A DNA stretch of 64,000 nucleotides from an uncultured Verrucomicrobiae bacterium (GTDB lineage Bacteria; Verrucomicrobiota; Verrucomicrobiia; Limisphaerales; JAFGQR01). A program made the position numbers and the translations under genes. Position 1 is the first letter of the stretch; the number at the start of each line of letters is the position of its first letter. Positions 21,402 to 32,494 of the stretch are shown here, piece after piece. Location: assembly GCA_963788655.1 (NCBI GenBank), contig CAWBHS010000074.1, positions 13,431-77,430 on the forward strand, written 5' to 3'. The notes under the pieces were generated by a model that saw nothing but the letters and a program-made list of their open reading frames with translations, was not told the origin of the DNA and searched no databases.

Positions 21402-22718
21402 TCAATTCCCCGCCAGGTTCCGGTAGAGCCGGGCCAATCGTTGAGGGCGGACGCCGCAGTGATAGCCAATAACCATCAGCTTGTGGATGAGCGTCGTCCG
21501 AATGAATCCCAATCGGCGCCAGCGCCGGCCCGAAGTAATGGCGGCTTGGGGCATGGTCACAATGCGCCCACAGCGACGCAGCCGGACCGCAAACTCGTAG
21601 TCTTCCATGATGGGCAAGTTCGCGAATCCACCCAGTTCTTCAAACAATGAACGCCGGAGAAAGAGGGCCTGGTCACCGTAGGGCTTTTGGAACCAGTGCG
21701 ACCGCAGGTGGGTAGTCCATTCCACGAGACTTCTACCGGCGAAGTCTTCGGCGATGCGGAAGCGAAATGCCCCCGCGGCAACTCTTGGGCATGCCAGAGT
21801 CTCGGAAACGCATTGCGTCCAACTCGCGGGCAGGAGCGTGTCGGCGTGGAGGAACAACAGGACATTTCCCGCTGCGCTAGCCGCGCCGGCGTTCATCTGA
21901 CGAGCTCGACCCGGTGACGAAGACAGGACCATCGCACCGGCCTCACGGGCGAATTTCGCTGTGTTATCGGTGCTGCCGCCGTCCACGACGATGATTTCGA
22001 AAGGTTCCCCCTTCCGGACCGATTGGAGCGTGGCCGCAACCTGTTGTTCCTCGTTCAGGGCCGGAATGATGACGGAAACCCGGTTCAATTGCGAGTCTTC
22101 GGCTGCTGCCAGCCGTTGCCACGCGGGCAAGTCTTCCGGGCGATCAAGGTCATCGAGCCGGTCCAGCAGGACCGGTTTGACGCTGGCCTGATCGAGATGG
22201 TGCAATGATTCGGCCAGAACAGTATCAGTTCCCCACGCTAAGCCGCGAAACAGTTCAGGGATATTTCGAGTCAGCCCGATCAAGTAGTAGCCGCCGTCGG
22301 TCGCCGGTCCCAGAGCAGCCGGGGCTCGCGACAGCGCCTGGAAGGCGGCGGCAATCGGATCTGGCGTCAAGCTCGGGCAATCACTGCCGATGATGACCGT
22401 CGCGGCGGACCCTTCCCGGAGACTATCCTCGAATGCTTCGGCCATTCGCTCTCCCAAATCTCCCGCACACTGCGGGCGACAAAGCCAGCCCTCACCGAGC
22501 CAGTGACGGATCGCGTCCTCGCTGCCGCCATCGAAGCGGATCTCCAACTCGGCTCCGGCTTCCCGGCACGCCGTCTGCGCCACGCGTAAGGTGCGCAGGA
22601 CCAGCCGGCGATGCAGGGCCGCCGCGCCCGCGGCGCCCACCGCCGGAATAAGGCGCGTCTTCACCCGCCCAGCCACGGGATAACGGGCGAACAGGATAAG
22701 CCGTTGTTTGCCATTCAC
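21402..22718 (-). CDS. Fused TIGR04282 (DUF2064) / TIGR04283 (GT2) arsenosugar-biosynthesis-type glycosyltransferase, copy 1
   Basis: [30 protein letters not shown]; then [34 protein letters not shown]. Confidence 0.9.
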   Translation of the reverse strand: MNGKQRLILFARYPVAGRVKTRLIPAVGAAGAAALHRRLVLRTLRVAQTACREAGAELEIRFDGGSEDAIRHWLGEGWLCRPQCAGDLGERMAEAFEDSLREGSAATVIIGSDCPSLTPDPIAAAFQALSRAPAALGPATDGGYYLIGLTRNIPELFRGLAWGTDTVLAESLHHLDQASVKPVLLDRLDDLDRPEDLPAWQRLAAAEDSQLNRVSVIIPALNEEQQVAATLQSVRKGEPFEIIVVDGGSTDNTAKFAREAGAMVLSSSPGRARQMNAGAASAAGNVLLFLHADTLLPASWTQCVSETLACPRVAAGAFRFRIAEDFAGRSLVEWTTHLRSHWFQKPYGDQALFLRRSLFEELGGFANLPIMEDYEFAVRLRRCGRIVTMPQAAITSGRRWRRLGFIRTTLIHKLMVIGYHCGVRPQRLARLYRNLAGN

Positions 22719-22915
22719 TGGGCGCGAAGCTAAGCCGTATGTGTTCAGGAAGAAACCACGAATGAATCGACACGAATAGCCGGAAAACAGAACCTTGGGT
22801 TGATTGCGGCGAGAATCACCGTTTGGTGACCTTTTTTTTCGTTCAACACCCGATCAAAGTCTCATTCGGTATTCGTGTCGATTCCTTTGGTTTTCTGCAT
22901 GCATAGACACGGGTT

Positions 22916-22938
22916 AGGGCTCGACGTAGTCTCGCCCT
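22916..22938. repeat. REP-like family D (AGGGCTCGACGGAGTCTCGCCCT)
   Basis: Matches the inverted pair at 48200-48363. Confidence 0.7.
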
Positions 22939-22991
22939 GCCGGCGGTTCTGGTAATTATCGCCTCTCGTCCGGTCTTCGCGGTACACTGCC

Positions 22992-23720
22992 TTGGTGAAA
23001 TCCAAACTCGAAACCAAGCTCGTCCAGGCGGCCAAAACATTGGCCGACGCCGCGGACCATTTTAAATTTCGGGCGCCAATTACACATGCCTACAACCCGC
23101 TCCAATACGCATGGAAAGTTCACGAAGCATTCCTGCGGAAATTCGGCGGACCACCGAAACGCACCGTGTTCCTCGGTATGAATCCCGGGCCATTCGGCAT
23201 GGTGCAGACCGGCATTCCGTTCGGCGAAGTGACGGCGGTGCGCGACTGGATGGGACTTGAACAACCGGTGGGGCAACCCGCCCGTCCCCATCCCCAACGA
23301 CCGGTCACCGGGTTCGCGTGTCATCGTTCGGAAGTCAGCGGCCGGCGGCTTTGGGGGCTGTTTGCCGAACGGTTTGGCCGCGCGGAGGAGTTCTTTGCTG
23401 ACCATTTCGTGGTGAATTATTGCCCCTTGGCGTTCTTCGACGCTTCCGGGCGCAACCTCACGCCCGACAAACTGGCCAGTGCCAACGCGGCCAAATTGTT
23501 GGCGGCTTGCGATGCTCACTTGGGGCGCGTGGTGGACATTTTGAGCCCGAAGTTCGTGATCGGAATCGGCACCTTTGCCGCCCAACGCGCCCGTCAAGTA
23601 TTGCCAGATGGCGACGCGGTTATTGGCCAAATCCTCCACCCCAGCCCCGCCAGTCCTGCGGCGAATCGCGATTGGGCGGGAACGGTCACCTGCCAGTTGC
23701 AGGATTCTGGGGTGTGGTAA
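22992..23720 (+). CDS. SMUG1-type (family 3) uracil-DNA glycosylase
   Basis: YNPL.YA, GMNPGPFGMVQTGIPFG, SEVSG.RLW, NYCPL, HPSPASP. Confidence 0.92.
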   Translation: MVKSKLETKLVQAAKTLADAADHFKFRAPITHAYNPLQYAWKVHEAFLRKFGGPPKRTVFLGMNPGPFGMVQTGIPFGEVTAVRDWMGLEQPVGQPARPHPQRPVTGFACHRSEVSGRRLWGLFAERFGRAEEFFADHFVVNYCPLAFFDASGRNLTPDKLASANAAKLLAACDAHLGRVVDILSPKFVIGIGTFAAQRARQVLPDGDAVIGQILHPSPASPAANRDWAGTVTCQLQDSGVW

Positions 23721-23912
23721 TTGCCCCGACCCACCTTTCCGTAATCCTACTGACTCTTGCTGACGACTTACCGAACCAGACTGAGGATTCTACGTATCCT
23801 GGAAACCGCAATAATTCTGATTGAGAACATAAGCAAAAACTGCTTTATTCTCGGTCTAATTGAACGAAGGGCCGGCGTTCACCCGGGACTCTGGTTCTTG
23901 AGCAAGTCAGTA

Positions 23913-24497
23913 ATGGATCAAATTAAGACAGGTAGATTGAGTTTCCCTCTGGCAAAACCACGCCGGCGGCAATGGGTATTATCGGTCAGTCCCCGCCGAA
24001 GCACCGAGGTTTCGAGTCCGCGGGGGGTGATCGCCCGCACCTTCATTCCCTGGGCGCTTTGCGGCTTGGTGCTTGCCGGACTCTTTCATCCGGCTCCGGC
24101 GTTCGCCGCCACCTACGGACAGAAGGTGGTGGCGGCGGTTTTGATGGGCGAAGCGTGGGGCGAAGGAGAAAAAGCCATGATTGCCGTGGCCGAGGTCATC
24201 CGCACGCGCGCGGATCAGTTGAACCTCAGTCCGCTGGCCATCGTGAAGCAGCCCTATCAATTCAGTTGCCTCAACCACACCACCCCCGAAAAACTGCTGG
24301 CCAAGTTTCAGCATCAAAAAGATTTCCAAGTGGCCCTGAGAATTGCCCGGCTGATGTATAACGAACCCGAGAAACTGCCTGGTTACGCGCGCGACGCGAC
24401 GCACTTCGAAAATGTCGGGAACGGCTCCGACTGGGCCTGCGGTCAGAAGCCCGTGGCCCGCGTCGGTAAACTGGCGTTCTACCGCTTGTCGAGTTGA
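23913..24497 (+). CDS. SleB/Hydrolase_2-type cell wall hydrolase; start uncertain
   Basis: EAWGEG..AMIAVAEVI, YQFSC, ATHF, G.LAFYR motifs; N-terminal hydrophobic segment. Confidence 0.8.
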   Translation: MDQIKTGRLSFPLAKPRRRQWVLSVSPRRSTEVSSPRGVIARTFIPWALCGLVLAGLFHPAPAFAATYGQKVVAAVLMGEAWGEGEKAMIAVAEVIRTRADQLNLSPLAIVKQPYQFSCLNHTTPEKLLAKFQHQKDFQVALRIARLMYNEPEKLPGYARDATHFENVGNGSDWACGQKPVARVGKLAFYRLSS

Positions 24498-24516
24498 GCC
24501 CGCTCCCGCAAACGAG

Positions 24517-24979
24517 CTACTTGCTCAACTCGGCCTTCACGTTGTTGTAGGCCGCTTCGAGCTGGTTCATCGCGGTTTCAAATCCCGCCTTCACCTTATC
24601 CCAGGCTTCCTGAGCTGGGCTGCTTTAGTTCCTCCAATTTTTGCGCAACTTGATCCCGCTTTTCGCGCAGCTCAGCCAGCGCTTGATCGATCCGCGTCTT
24701 GGCCTCCCCCTGCAACTGTCTGGCGTGCGCTTGTAGGGTTTGGGTTTCAGCATCCAACTTCGCCAACTTCTCGTGCATGGTCGCCACGAATTGGTCCTTG
24801 GTTTGGACCGCATATTGTTTCGTGGCGTCCGCCGCCTCATTCACTTTCTGTTTGGCCTCTTCCGCGGTCACTGTGCGGTCATTGGACGTGTTCCTATCAT
24901 TGGGATTCAACTGCTGACAGCCCCCCAGCAGCAAAGGAACCCCCATTAACGCGATCATAAGTTTCAATGTCGTTTTCAT
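24517..24979 (-). CDS. Coiled-coil lipoprotein, stress-protein-like (frameshift near 24610)
   Basis: Lipobox LGGC; after the shift it continues AWDKVKAGFETAMNQLEAAYNNVKAELSK*. Confidence 0.7.
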
Positions 24980-25112
24980 AGGCTTAAATGGAATTGAGAG
25001 TCTTTCAACAGGAACCTTCCCTTGTCCGCAGACCAGCGATGACCCTGTCCGGTTTGGTTGTTAGATTTTGGTTCTTTCTGCCCCCAGGTGGAGAACTCCT
25101 TTGGTTCCCATC

Positions 25113-25274
25113 TCACGTAACCCTTCGGTTGAAAATGAGGGAGATCAAAAACAGGATCAGAAACACGAAGAAGAGAATCTTCGCAATCCCGGCTGCCGTT
25201 CCGGCGATTCCACCAAAACCGAGCAGCGCGGCCACCAGGGCAATGATCAAGAATGTTAAAGCCCAACTCAACAT
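25113..25274 (-). CDS. DUF1328 / UPF0391 small membrane protein (53 aa; not in ORF track)
   Basis: [53 protein letters not shown]. Confidence 0.93.
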   Translation of the reverse strand: MLSWALTFLIIALVAALLGFGGIAGTAAGIAKILFFVFLILFLISLIFNRRVT

Positions 25275-25375
25275 GGTCCAACGTTTCTCTTTTCCGCCGG
25301 TCCGCCACCGGTTTAGGTTTCGATCGGCAACCGTTTATTGGTTCGGATACCGTATTTCAATCGATTCATCTTTTT

Positions 25376-25391
25376 AGCGCTTCTTGTGCCA
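25376..25391 (-). promoter_or_regulatory. Putative sigma54 promoter of DUF1328-lipoprotein operon
   Basis: Minus strand TGGCACAAGAAGCGCT has correct GG/GC spacing. Confidence 0.5.
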
Positions 25392-25483
25392 TCGCCTCAC
25401 CTAGGCTCGCTAACTTGAACGAATGGAGAAACTTGAAATGATCAACGTGCCCATTGATGGAGAAGGCTGAACTGTCGCTCGTC

Positions 25484-25527
25484 GTGCAGAATGCACATCC
25501 GCTGACAAATGCTCCTGCATTATGCAC
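25484..25527. promoter_or_regulatory. Tandem palindromes, possible enhancer-binding-protein sites
   Basis: GTGCAGAATGCAC and TGCATTATGCA, centres ~31 bp apart, ~100-130 bp upstream of the sigma54 motif. Confidence 0.45.
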
Positions 25528-25798
25528 TTTGCAAAGCAGAAGACTTAATTTCAAAGCACTTAATCAGTATAGGAATGTCCATTCCCTCTCCCGACCGAGT
25601 CAAATATGCAATGGCTTAAACCACTGGCTTCAGGATTCTGGACTGCTAGTTGCCTTCGGGGCTCGGAAACCGGTTTTGCTCCGACAATGGGACAGCGGGG
25701 CCTCTCGCGACTTGGCAGAATCAGCCCCGGTGCCGGAGGCCAGTTGCAAAATTTCCAAATTGGCCTTGGCCGGTGCCCCATGATATGATCCTGACATT

Positions 25799-27721
25799 AT
25801 GATCCACCTGCGTTTCTTGGTCGTGTTGGCCGTGGTGACTTTGTGCGCCGCGCCGACGTGGGCTGAATTCTCCTCGAATAGTAACGGCGCCACGCGGTTG
25901 GGCAGCCTCACCGCGATGGCTCCGCCCAATTCGCCCTCGAATTTCGTGATCACTGTGACCAGTCCCACCAGCATCAACCTGTCCTGGGCGGATGCCTCCG
26001 ACGACGAATCAGGTTTTTACCTTTGGGGCCGGCAAGGGACCGATGCGGAATGGATATACCTCGGCACGGTGCCGGCAAACACCACCAGTCAGCCATTCAC
26101 GGGCCTCGCCTCTGCAACCCTGTACCAATTTGCGATTACCTCATACAACGGCCTCGGTTACCTTGATCCGATCATTGCCGGAGTCACCCTGCCTGGGGTC
26201 ACCAGCCGCAGTTATCAGCCGGCCACCGTCGGCCAGGCATTTTCCTACACGGTAACCGCTTCCAGCGATGGCGGCGCCGCGGACGTGTTCAGTGTTTCGG
26301 GCGACCTGCCTCCCGGTCTGGCCTTTGACGCGGGCACCCATCAAATCACCGGCACCCCGACGGAAGGCGGAGTCTTCACCTCAACCTTGTCCGTCCACTA
26401 TGCCGCGTGGGGCACGCTGAGCCAACCGTTGACTTTGCGCGTCGTCCATCCCCCCGCTCCCCCGGTGGTCCGCGCCACGATTCCAAATCAAACACTCCTT
26501 CCTAGTGGACTGGACGTAACCCTGCCGCTCAATGATTTCTTTGCCGACCGCGATACGGAAAAAGCAGTCCGGTTTGTCGCGACCAAAGGGACTTTCGATG
26601 TGGCGCTTTACGCGACCGCCACGCCGCAGACGGTGACGAATTTTCTCAACTACGTGGACCGGGGAGATTACGCCAATTCCATCCTTCATCGCACGGTGAC
26701 GAATTTTATCGTGCAAGGAGGCGGATTCAAACCGGCACCACCGAATTTCACCCGGATACCCACCGACCCCAGCCCCACCAATGAGCCGGGCATCAGCAAC
26801 CTGCGCGGCACCGTGGCCATGGCCAAGGTGGGCGGCGATCCCAACAGCGCCACCGACCAGTGGTTCGTCAATCTCAACAACAACGCCGCCAACTTGGACA
26901 ACCAGAACGGCGGCTTTACCGCCTTCGGTCGCGTTTGCGGTAACGGGATGACGGTGGTGGATATGATTGCCGCGCTGCCCCACGATAATTACACCGTGAA
27001 TGTGGATGGCACGGACATCCCCTTCACCGACTGGCCCATGGACACTGATCCGCCCGCGCCGGCAACGATGGACCAGTCCAAACTCGTGCTGGTAAACTCG
27101 GTGAACCGCATCGAACCGCTGAGTTATGCCGTTACCGGGGATACGGTGACCGGCATCGTCAGCAGCAGCGTTCAAGGCCCTAATCTGGTGCTGACGCCAA
27201 CGACCTCTTTGGGAGGAATTACGGTCCTCGCCGTGATGGCCACGGATCTGGATGGCAACAGTGTTTCGCAATCCGTCACGGTCGAAGTGCAATCGAGCTT
27301 TTCTACTTGGCTGGGTCAATATGCATTGCAAGGCCCTGAGAGTTTGCCTGATGCGGACGGAGACCATGATTGGTTGTCCAATGCCGCGGAGTTTGTGCTG
27401 ATGGGCTCGCCCGTCGTGGCGGACGCCGCCAGCGTTCGGCCCGCCGGTTCCGTGGCCAGCGCCGGCGGCAATCGTTACGCAGCGATCACCTTCAAACTGC
27501 GCAAAGACCGCAGCGGCGCCGAGGTCCACATCGATGCGTCCTCCAACTTGGCGCCCAGTAGCTGGACCTCCGTGTGGAGCAGCACGGACCTCGACAGCCC
27601 ACAAGTGGTCCAGCGCGATGATCTGGGTGACCATTGGCTGCTGACGGTGCGAGATGCCAATCCGCTGGCTGATGCGGCGTCGGCGCATTTCCTGCGCCTG
27701 CAAGTGAGCGTGCCGCAATAA
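25799..27721 (+). CDS. Secreted cyclophilin-type PPIase with FN3 and putative Ig domains and a C-terminal beta domain
   Basis: [11 protein letters not shown]...[41 protein letters not shown] Ig motif. Confidence 0.88.
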   Translation: MIHLRFLVVLAVVTLCAAPTWAEFSSNSNGATRLGSLTAMAPPNSPSNFVITVTSPTSINLSWADASDDESGFYLWGRQGTDAEWIYLGTVPANTTSQPFTGLASATLYQFAITSYNGLGYLDPIIAGVTLPGVTSRSYQPATVGQAFSYTVTASSDGGAADVFSVSGDLPPGLAFDAGTHQITGTPTEGGVFTSTLSVHYAAWGTLSQPLTLRVVHPPAPPVVRATIPNQTLLPSGLDVTLPLNDFFADRDTEKAVRFVATKGTFDVALYATATPQTVTNFLNYVDRGDYANSILHRTVTNFIVQGGGFKPAPPNFTRIPTDPSPTNEPGISNLRGTVAMAKVGGDPNSATDQWFVNLNNNAANLDNQNGGFTAFGRVCGNGMTVVDMIAALPHDNYTVNVDGTDIPFTDWPMDTDPPAPATMDQSKLVLVNSVNRIEPLSYAVTGDTVTGIVSSSVQGPNLVLTPTTSLGGITVLAVMATDLDGNSVSQSVTVEVQSSFSTWLGQYALQGPESLPDADGDHDWLSNAAEFVLMGSPVVADAASVRPAGSVASAGGNRYAAITFKLRKDRSGAEVHIDASSNLAPSSWTSVWSSTDLDSPQVVQRDDLGDHWLLTVRDANPLADAASAHFLRLQVSVPQ

Positions 27722-27751
27722 ACGTGGGACGGTTCCACGCGCCTTGGCGTT

Positions 27752-30700
27752 CTATGGCTCCCAGGCTTGCTTGAGCGCTTCCCGCGCTTTCTGGCGGGCG
27801 GCTTCTTTTTCGGCGTCTTTGGATGCCGGCTCGTGCGCCGCGAGCTTCCACGCCGCAATCGCTTCTTCCTTACGTCCCAACGCTACCAGCGCGTTGCCAC
27901 GCAAGTATTGGATGTGCGCCTCGCGGGTACTTTCCAATTTGCCCGTGGCCAGGTTCTCCGGGTATTCCAGCGCCCGATTGAATTCCTTCAGCGCTTCCGC
28001 CGCATGTCCGGATTCCAGTTGCTCTTTGCCCAACTCCAAATGAGCCGCCTCAAACAAGTCGTGTACCTCGCGTGCGCCTTCCCACACCGTCACGCGCACC
28101 GAGTCCAGCATCCGCGCCGCGGCGGCATAGTCACCGAGACGATCCTGTGCGCGAGCCAGCAACGCCACAAAATCTGAACGTCCTTGGCCCGCCGGAAACG
28201 CGTCCTGCAAACTGTTGCGCGCCTCGGTCCATAATTCGCGTTTGCGGTCGGCGGAATCTGCTTTGTCCGCCAAGTTGAAAAGCACCTGAGCCAGGTCGCG
28301 CGCCACAATGGCGTCCTGCGGATCGACCTCGTGAGCTTGACGCAAGAACTTGGCCGCCGCCGACGCATCGTGGTCCAGTCGCAGGCTGGCCATTCCCAAT
28401 GCGCGCAGCGGGATCGTGGATTTGATCCCTCGCCGCGTGGCTCGGATCCAATAATCCCGTCCTTCAGCATATCGACCGAGCGAGAATAACAGGTGGCCGA
28501 GATAAAGTGCAGCCTTCCCATCGTTCGCGTCCGTTGCGACCGCCCAACGCAACACCGGGAGAGTTTCATGCCGGTGCGGAAACACCCTGGCATCGGAACA
28601 TATCTGCGCCTGGTGTAAATACCCAGCCGATCGGTCTGCCTGCCCAAGGCGACCAGCCAAATACGCCGCCCAATAAAACGGCAAAGGTTGCTTCGCATTT
28701 GCGGTGGAAGCGGACTCGTCACAATAGAATTCCCTCAAGACTGGCAGCGCCGTGGCCGTTTGGTTCACGGCGGACAACTGAGCCGCCAGATCGAGAACTG
28801 CTGTCGAATTGCCTTGAACCAACGCGGCCAGCGTCAACGGTTTCTTTTCGTCGTGCGCCAGCCAAAGCACACTGCGGGCAAAAGCGTCCAGCGGATTGAC
28901 TTCTAGATTCGCGCGGGCCGTTTGGACCGCCGCTTTGCGATCGCCGTGCTGGAGCAACGCAAGCGCCAGATAATTGCGGCAAACTGGATCGGATTGCCAC
29001 GGTCCGGCGGCGGACAACGTCTGAATGGCTCTAGTCCAATCCGCTTTGCGAATGAGCAGCCTTGCCGCCAAGGCACGCCCCGGCACAGCGGTTGCCGGGT
29101 CCAATGCGGCTTTCCAGGCTTCGTCAGCAGCGGTGGTTTCATCGCCAGTGCGCAACGCCGCGACAGCCAAAGCAAAATGCCCCAGACCATCATCCGGATT
29201 CGCGGCGACGGCCGCGCGCCCTTCAGTTGCCGCAGTGGCAGGCTCAGAATCCAAGTTGAGCAAAGCCAAACCAATCCGAGCTGAGGCGCACTCCTTATCC
29301 TGACCCAGGGCTTGGCGAAACTGCTTCTCCGCTTCGTCGCAGCGTGCAAACAAGTATTCCTGCCAGCCAGCCTGGGCCAGTTCGGAAGCGGTTTGCGGCT
29401 TGGGTGATTTCTCCGGCGGTTGGCGCTCGGGCAGAGCCAACGGCACCCGGAATTGCGCCAGCGTTAGCTTGCCGGAAGTCAACCGCACTTCGAACGGTTG
29501 CTTGGCGCCCGCAAGGTCAAGTTTCAGTTCCGCGGGTTCGGCGGGTGATAATTTGCATTGGCTCCGAGCGATGACATTGCTCCCCTTAAGAACCTGTGCT
29601 TCGACCAGCGACCATTTGCCCGTGCCCAGCAATCGCAACCGCAATTGACTGCCGTCCACCGCAGCATTCACCGCCACGTCGCGATTGGCATACGTGAATC
29701 CGCCCAGCGCATGGATCGGATACCACCATTCACGCCAACTGACCGCTTCGCACGGTTCCAATCGCCCCACGTCCGCCTGTGTGAGGAGGGGGCCGGTTTG
29801 CACCTCGTTGTAGGGGCCGTCCGTGTCTGTCAGATCCATCTGGTGCATCCGACCGTAACTCCCCTGCCCCCACGTCCAGGCTTTCTTGCCGGGCAGCAAA
29901 TGGTGATTGGCGTATGCCACCACGCCGCGTTGGGCCCCATCGTCGTATAAACCAAAAAAATCCTGATCGCAATGCCAGGCAAAGATCGACGTGCCATCCT
30001 GGTAGTTGGTGCCGCGGGTCAGATCCTTGCCGTGGTCAAAAGGCCAATGGAAGAACTTCGTGGCGCCGTGATCCGAGCCGAGGGTCATCGGATAGATGAA
30101 GCGGAAGCCGGGCGGATTCGGCACCGCCGTGCAGTTCCAAAAGTAATAGGGCCGCACGGTGTCGGTGGGATTGTAGATGCGGATTCGCTCCTCGATGAAG
30201 GACCGTCCCGGTCGCAGCGTGACCACGACGGTCCATTGAGTGCCATAAATCTTTTCCGTTTCCCCGATGGCCACAGAGCGCGAGCCGTCTTTGTCCGGCG
30301 GTAGAATCGCTACATCGACGGGCTGCATACAACCAACCGTGTGGCCTTGCGGGCCGGTGTTCCACTCGACGCCACCGCTGATCCACGCGCCGCATTGACC
30401 AATCAGACCGGGTTTGATGACGTGGTTCACGTAAAACATCGGTTGGCCGGTGGTCTTGTCGATGACCTCGTGAATCCGGCCGCCCAGTTCCGGCAGAAAC
30501 GTGATGCGAAGGTATTCGTTTTCCAAAACCACCGTCCGATAGGTGCGGCTGGTTTTCTCGCGGCTGAGATTATCCAGCATCGGATAGGGATAGATGTTCT
30601 TGCCATCCGTGCCGCGGAAATAGGGATGTTTGACCGCCGGCCGCCAGGGATAGGTCGGTAAGGTCATTTCACCGCGAGATGCTTTGACGCTGGCGGCGGA

Positions 30701-30772
30701 AGCGGAGGTTGGTCCGCTCAATACGGCAATCAGCAAGAGTAAGGTGAGAGCCCCCAGCAAAACTGGGCGCAT
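27752..30772 (-). CDS. DUF5107 domain protein with TPR repeats
   Basis: VLENEYL..LPELGGRI, WISGGVEWN, GKKAWTWG, EVQTG; helical TPR-like C-terminal half. Confidence 0.85.
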   Translation of the reverse strand: MRPVLLGALTLLLLIAVLSGPTSASAASVKASRGEMTLPTYPWRPAVKHPYFRGTDGKNIYPYPMLDNLSREKTSRTYRTVVLENEYLRITFLPELGGRIHEVIDKTTGQPMFYVNHVIKPGLIGQCGAWISGGVEWNTGPQGHTVGCMQPVDVAILPPDKDGSRSVAIGETEKIYGTQWTVVVTLRPGRSFIEERIRIYNPTDTVRPYYFWNCTAVPNPPGFRFIYPMTLGSDHGATKFFHWPFDHGKDLTRGTNYQDGTSIFAWHCDQDFFGLYDDGAQRGVVAYANHHLLPGKKAWTWGQGSYGRMHQMDLTDTDGPYNEVQTGPLLTQADVGRLEPCEAVSWREWWYPIHALGGFTYANRDVAVNAAVDGSQLRLRLLGTGKWSLVEAQVLKGSNVIARSQCKLSPAEPAELKLDLAGAKQPFEVRLTSGKLTLAQFRVPLALPERQPPEKSPKPQTASELAQAGWQEYLFARCDEAEKQFRQALGQDKECASARIGLALLNLDSEPATAATEGRAAVAANPDDGLGHFALAVAALRTGDETTAADEAWKAALDPATAVPGRALAARLLIRKADWTRAIQTLSAAGPWQSDPVCRNYLALALLQHGDRKAAVQTARANLEVNPLDAFARSVLWLAHDEKKPLTLAALVQGNSTAVLDLAAQLSAVNQTATALPVLREFYCDESASTANAKQPLPFYWAAYLAGRLGQADRSAGYLHQAQICSDARVFPHRHETLPVLRWAVATDANDGKAALYLGHLLFSLGRYAEGRDYWIRATRRGIKSTIPLRALGMASLRLDHDASAAAKFLRQAHEVDPQDAIVARDLAQVLFNLADKADSADRKRELWTEARNSLQDAFPAGQGRSDFVALLARAQDRLGDYAAAARMLDSVRVTVWEGAREVHDLFEAAHLELGKEQLESGHAAEALKEFNRALEYPENLATGKLESTREAHIQYLRGNALVALGRKEEAIAAWKLAAHEPASKDAEKEAARQKAREALKQAWEP

Positions 30773-30939
30773 TGAATCCGTGAACCCCGTAACAGCGAAC
30801 GTGAATTGGCTCACTCTTCCGAAACGCGAAATCAGAGCCTCCTTGCGTCGGCTGCTAATCCTCTTCAAACAGACTGTACGGTGCCTTTCAATCAAACACG
30901 GAGGTTCCGCTGAGAATTGCTGATCCATTGTTTTCATAG

Positions 30940-32316
30940 CTATTTCTTTTTCTTTGCCTTCCGGGCCGGTTCTTTCAACGGCCAATTGGGATCTTCCGTG
31001 CGGGCCTGTTTCATCAAGGACTGCGCTTTGGCAACCAACTCGGGTTTCTCGGCCGCAAGGTTCTTCTTTTCACCCACGTCGGCCTTCAAATCATAAAGCT
31101 CGATGCGCGCGCTGGGACCGTTTTTCACGGCCTTCCAGTCACCAAACCGGACGGCTTGAATGGACTTGCCCTCGTGTAGTTCCCAATAGAAATAATCGCG
31201 CTTGGGTGCGTGCCCGCCTTCGATCATCGACACCAGTGAAAGTCCGTCCACTTTTGCTCCCGCGGGCATCCTAGCCCCGGCGAGTTCAACAGCGGTCGGA
31301 AAGAAATCCCAGAATGCCCAGGGCTTGTCGCAGACGCGGCCGGCCGGCACTTTACCGGGCCAACGCACCAAGGCCGCCTGTCGGAGTGCGCCTTCGTACA
31401 TGCCGCGTTTAAAGCCGCGCAGTTGGCCACCCATCGTCTGGTCAAACAAACGGCCAATCTCGGAGTTGGGATTGAATGAGGATCCATTGTCCCCGGCAAA
31501 AAACACAATGGTCTGTTCGTCGATGCCCAATTGCTTGAGCAAGTCGAGCAACCGTCCCACGTCACGGTCCAGGCGCGTCACCATGGCCGCGTACGTTTTT
31601 TGGAGCTTCGTCCAATTCTTGGTTTTGTATTGGCCGAGGTCATCGATCTCGAAACGCCCGTGCGGCAGCGTCACAGCGTAGAACAAAAAGAACGGCTGGT
31701 CTTGGTGTTGGCGAACCCAGTTTAGGGTGTCGTTTTCAATCAGGTTCTGTGCGTACGTCTTGCCGACGCCCTTGCCGTCGTTGCCCGCCAATTCGAAACG
31801 CTGGTCATTGTTGTAAAGATACGTCGGGAAATAACTGTGAGCGTGACGCTGGCAATTATAGCCGAAGAAATGATCGAAGCCCACCTTCAGCGGGCTGCCC
31901 GCAGTGTCGAACATGCCCATGCCCCATTTGCCGGTGACCGCGGTGGCATACCCGGCCTGCTGCAGCACCTGCGCCACGGTCAGCGTGCCTGGCGGCAACG
32001 GCATCTGGCCTTCGGGTTGGATCTCACGGTTCGCCCGAATCGGACTGTGCCCCGTGTGCAAACCGAGCATCACCGACGTGCGCGATGGCGCGCAGACGCT
32101 GGTGCCCGCGTAAGCCTGGGTGAAACGCGTGCCCTCGGCGGCCATACGGTCCAGGTTCGGCGTTTGGATGAGCTTCTGGCCGTAGCATCCCAGGTCGCCC
32201 ATCGCCACGTCGTCGGAGAGGATGAAGATGATGTTCGGCGGACGTTGGGCGGCCTCGGCGACACTGAGCATTGGGAACACCAGGAACAATGCGAAGGGCA
32301 GTAATCGTTGTTTCAT
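30940..32316 (-). CDS. Arylsulfatase (S1 family)
   Basis: [23 protein letters not shown], signal peptide. Confidence 0.92.
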   Translation of the reverse strand: MKQRLLPFALFLVFPMLSVAEAAQRPPNIIFILSDDVAMGDLGCYGQKLIQTPNLDRMAAEGTRFTQAYAGTSVCAPSRTSVMLGLHTGHSPIRANREIQPEGQMPLPPGTLTVAQVLQQAGYATAVTGKWGMGMFDTAGSPLKVGFDHFFGYNCQRHAHSYFPTYLYNNDQRFELAGNDGKGVGKTYAQNLIENDTLNWVRQHQDQPFFLFYAVTLPHGRFEIDDLGQYKTKNWTKLQKTYAAMVTRLDRDVGRLLDLLKQLGIDEQTIVFFAGDNGSSFNPNSEIGRLFDQTMGGQLRGFKRGMYEGALRQAALVRWPGKVPAGRVCDKPWAFWDFFPTAVELAGARMPAGAKVDGLSLVSMIEGGHAPKRDYFYWELHEGKSIQAVRFGDWKAVKNGPSARIELYDLKADVGEKKNLAAEKPELVAKAQSLMKQARTEDPNWPLKEPARKAKKKK

Positions 32317-32494
32317 TCTCATAACCACGGAGTCTGCGTGAACCATAACTGCCTTCGGCTTGAGAACACAATCGTATTTCTGTTTTACAGATGGGTACGG
32401 TTCAAGGATGGCGGCGGTCGTGGGTCTTATTTGAGAGGTCTGGAAGCGGTCGGCCCGGCTCCCGCGAGTGCGGACTGCGGACGTGGCTCTCGGG

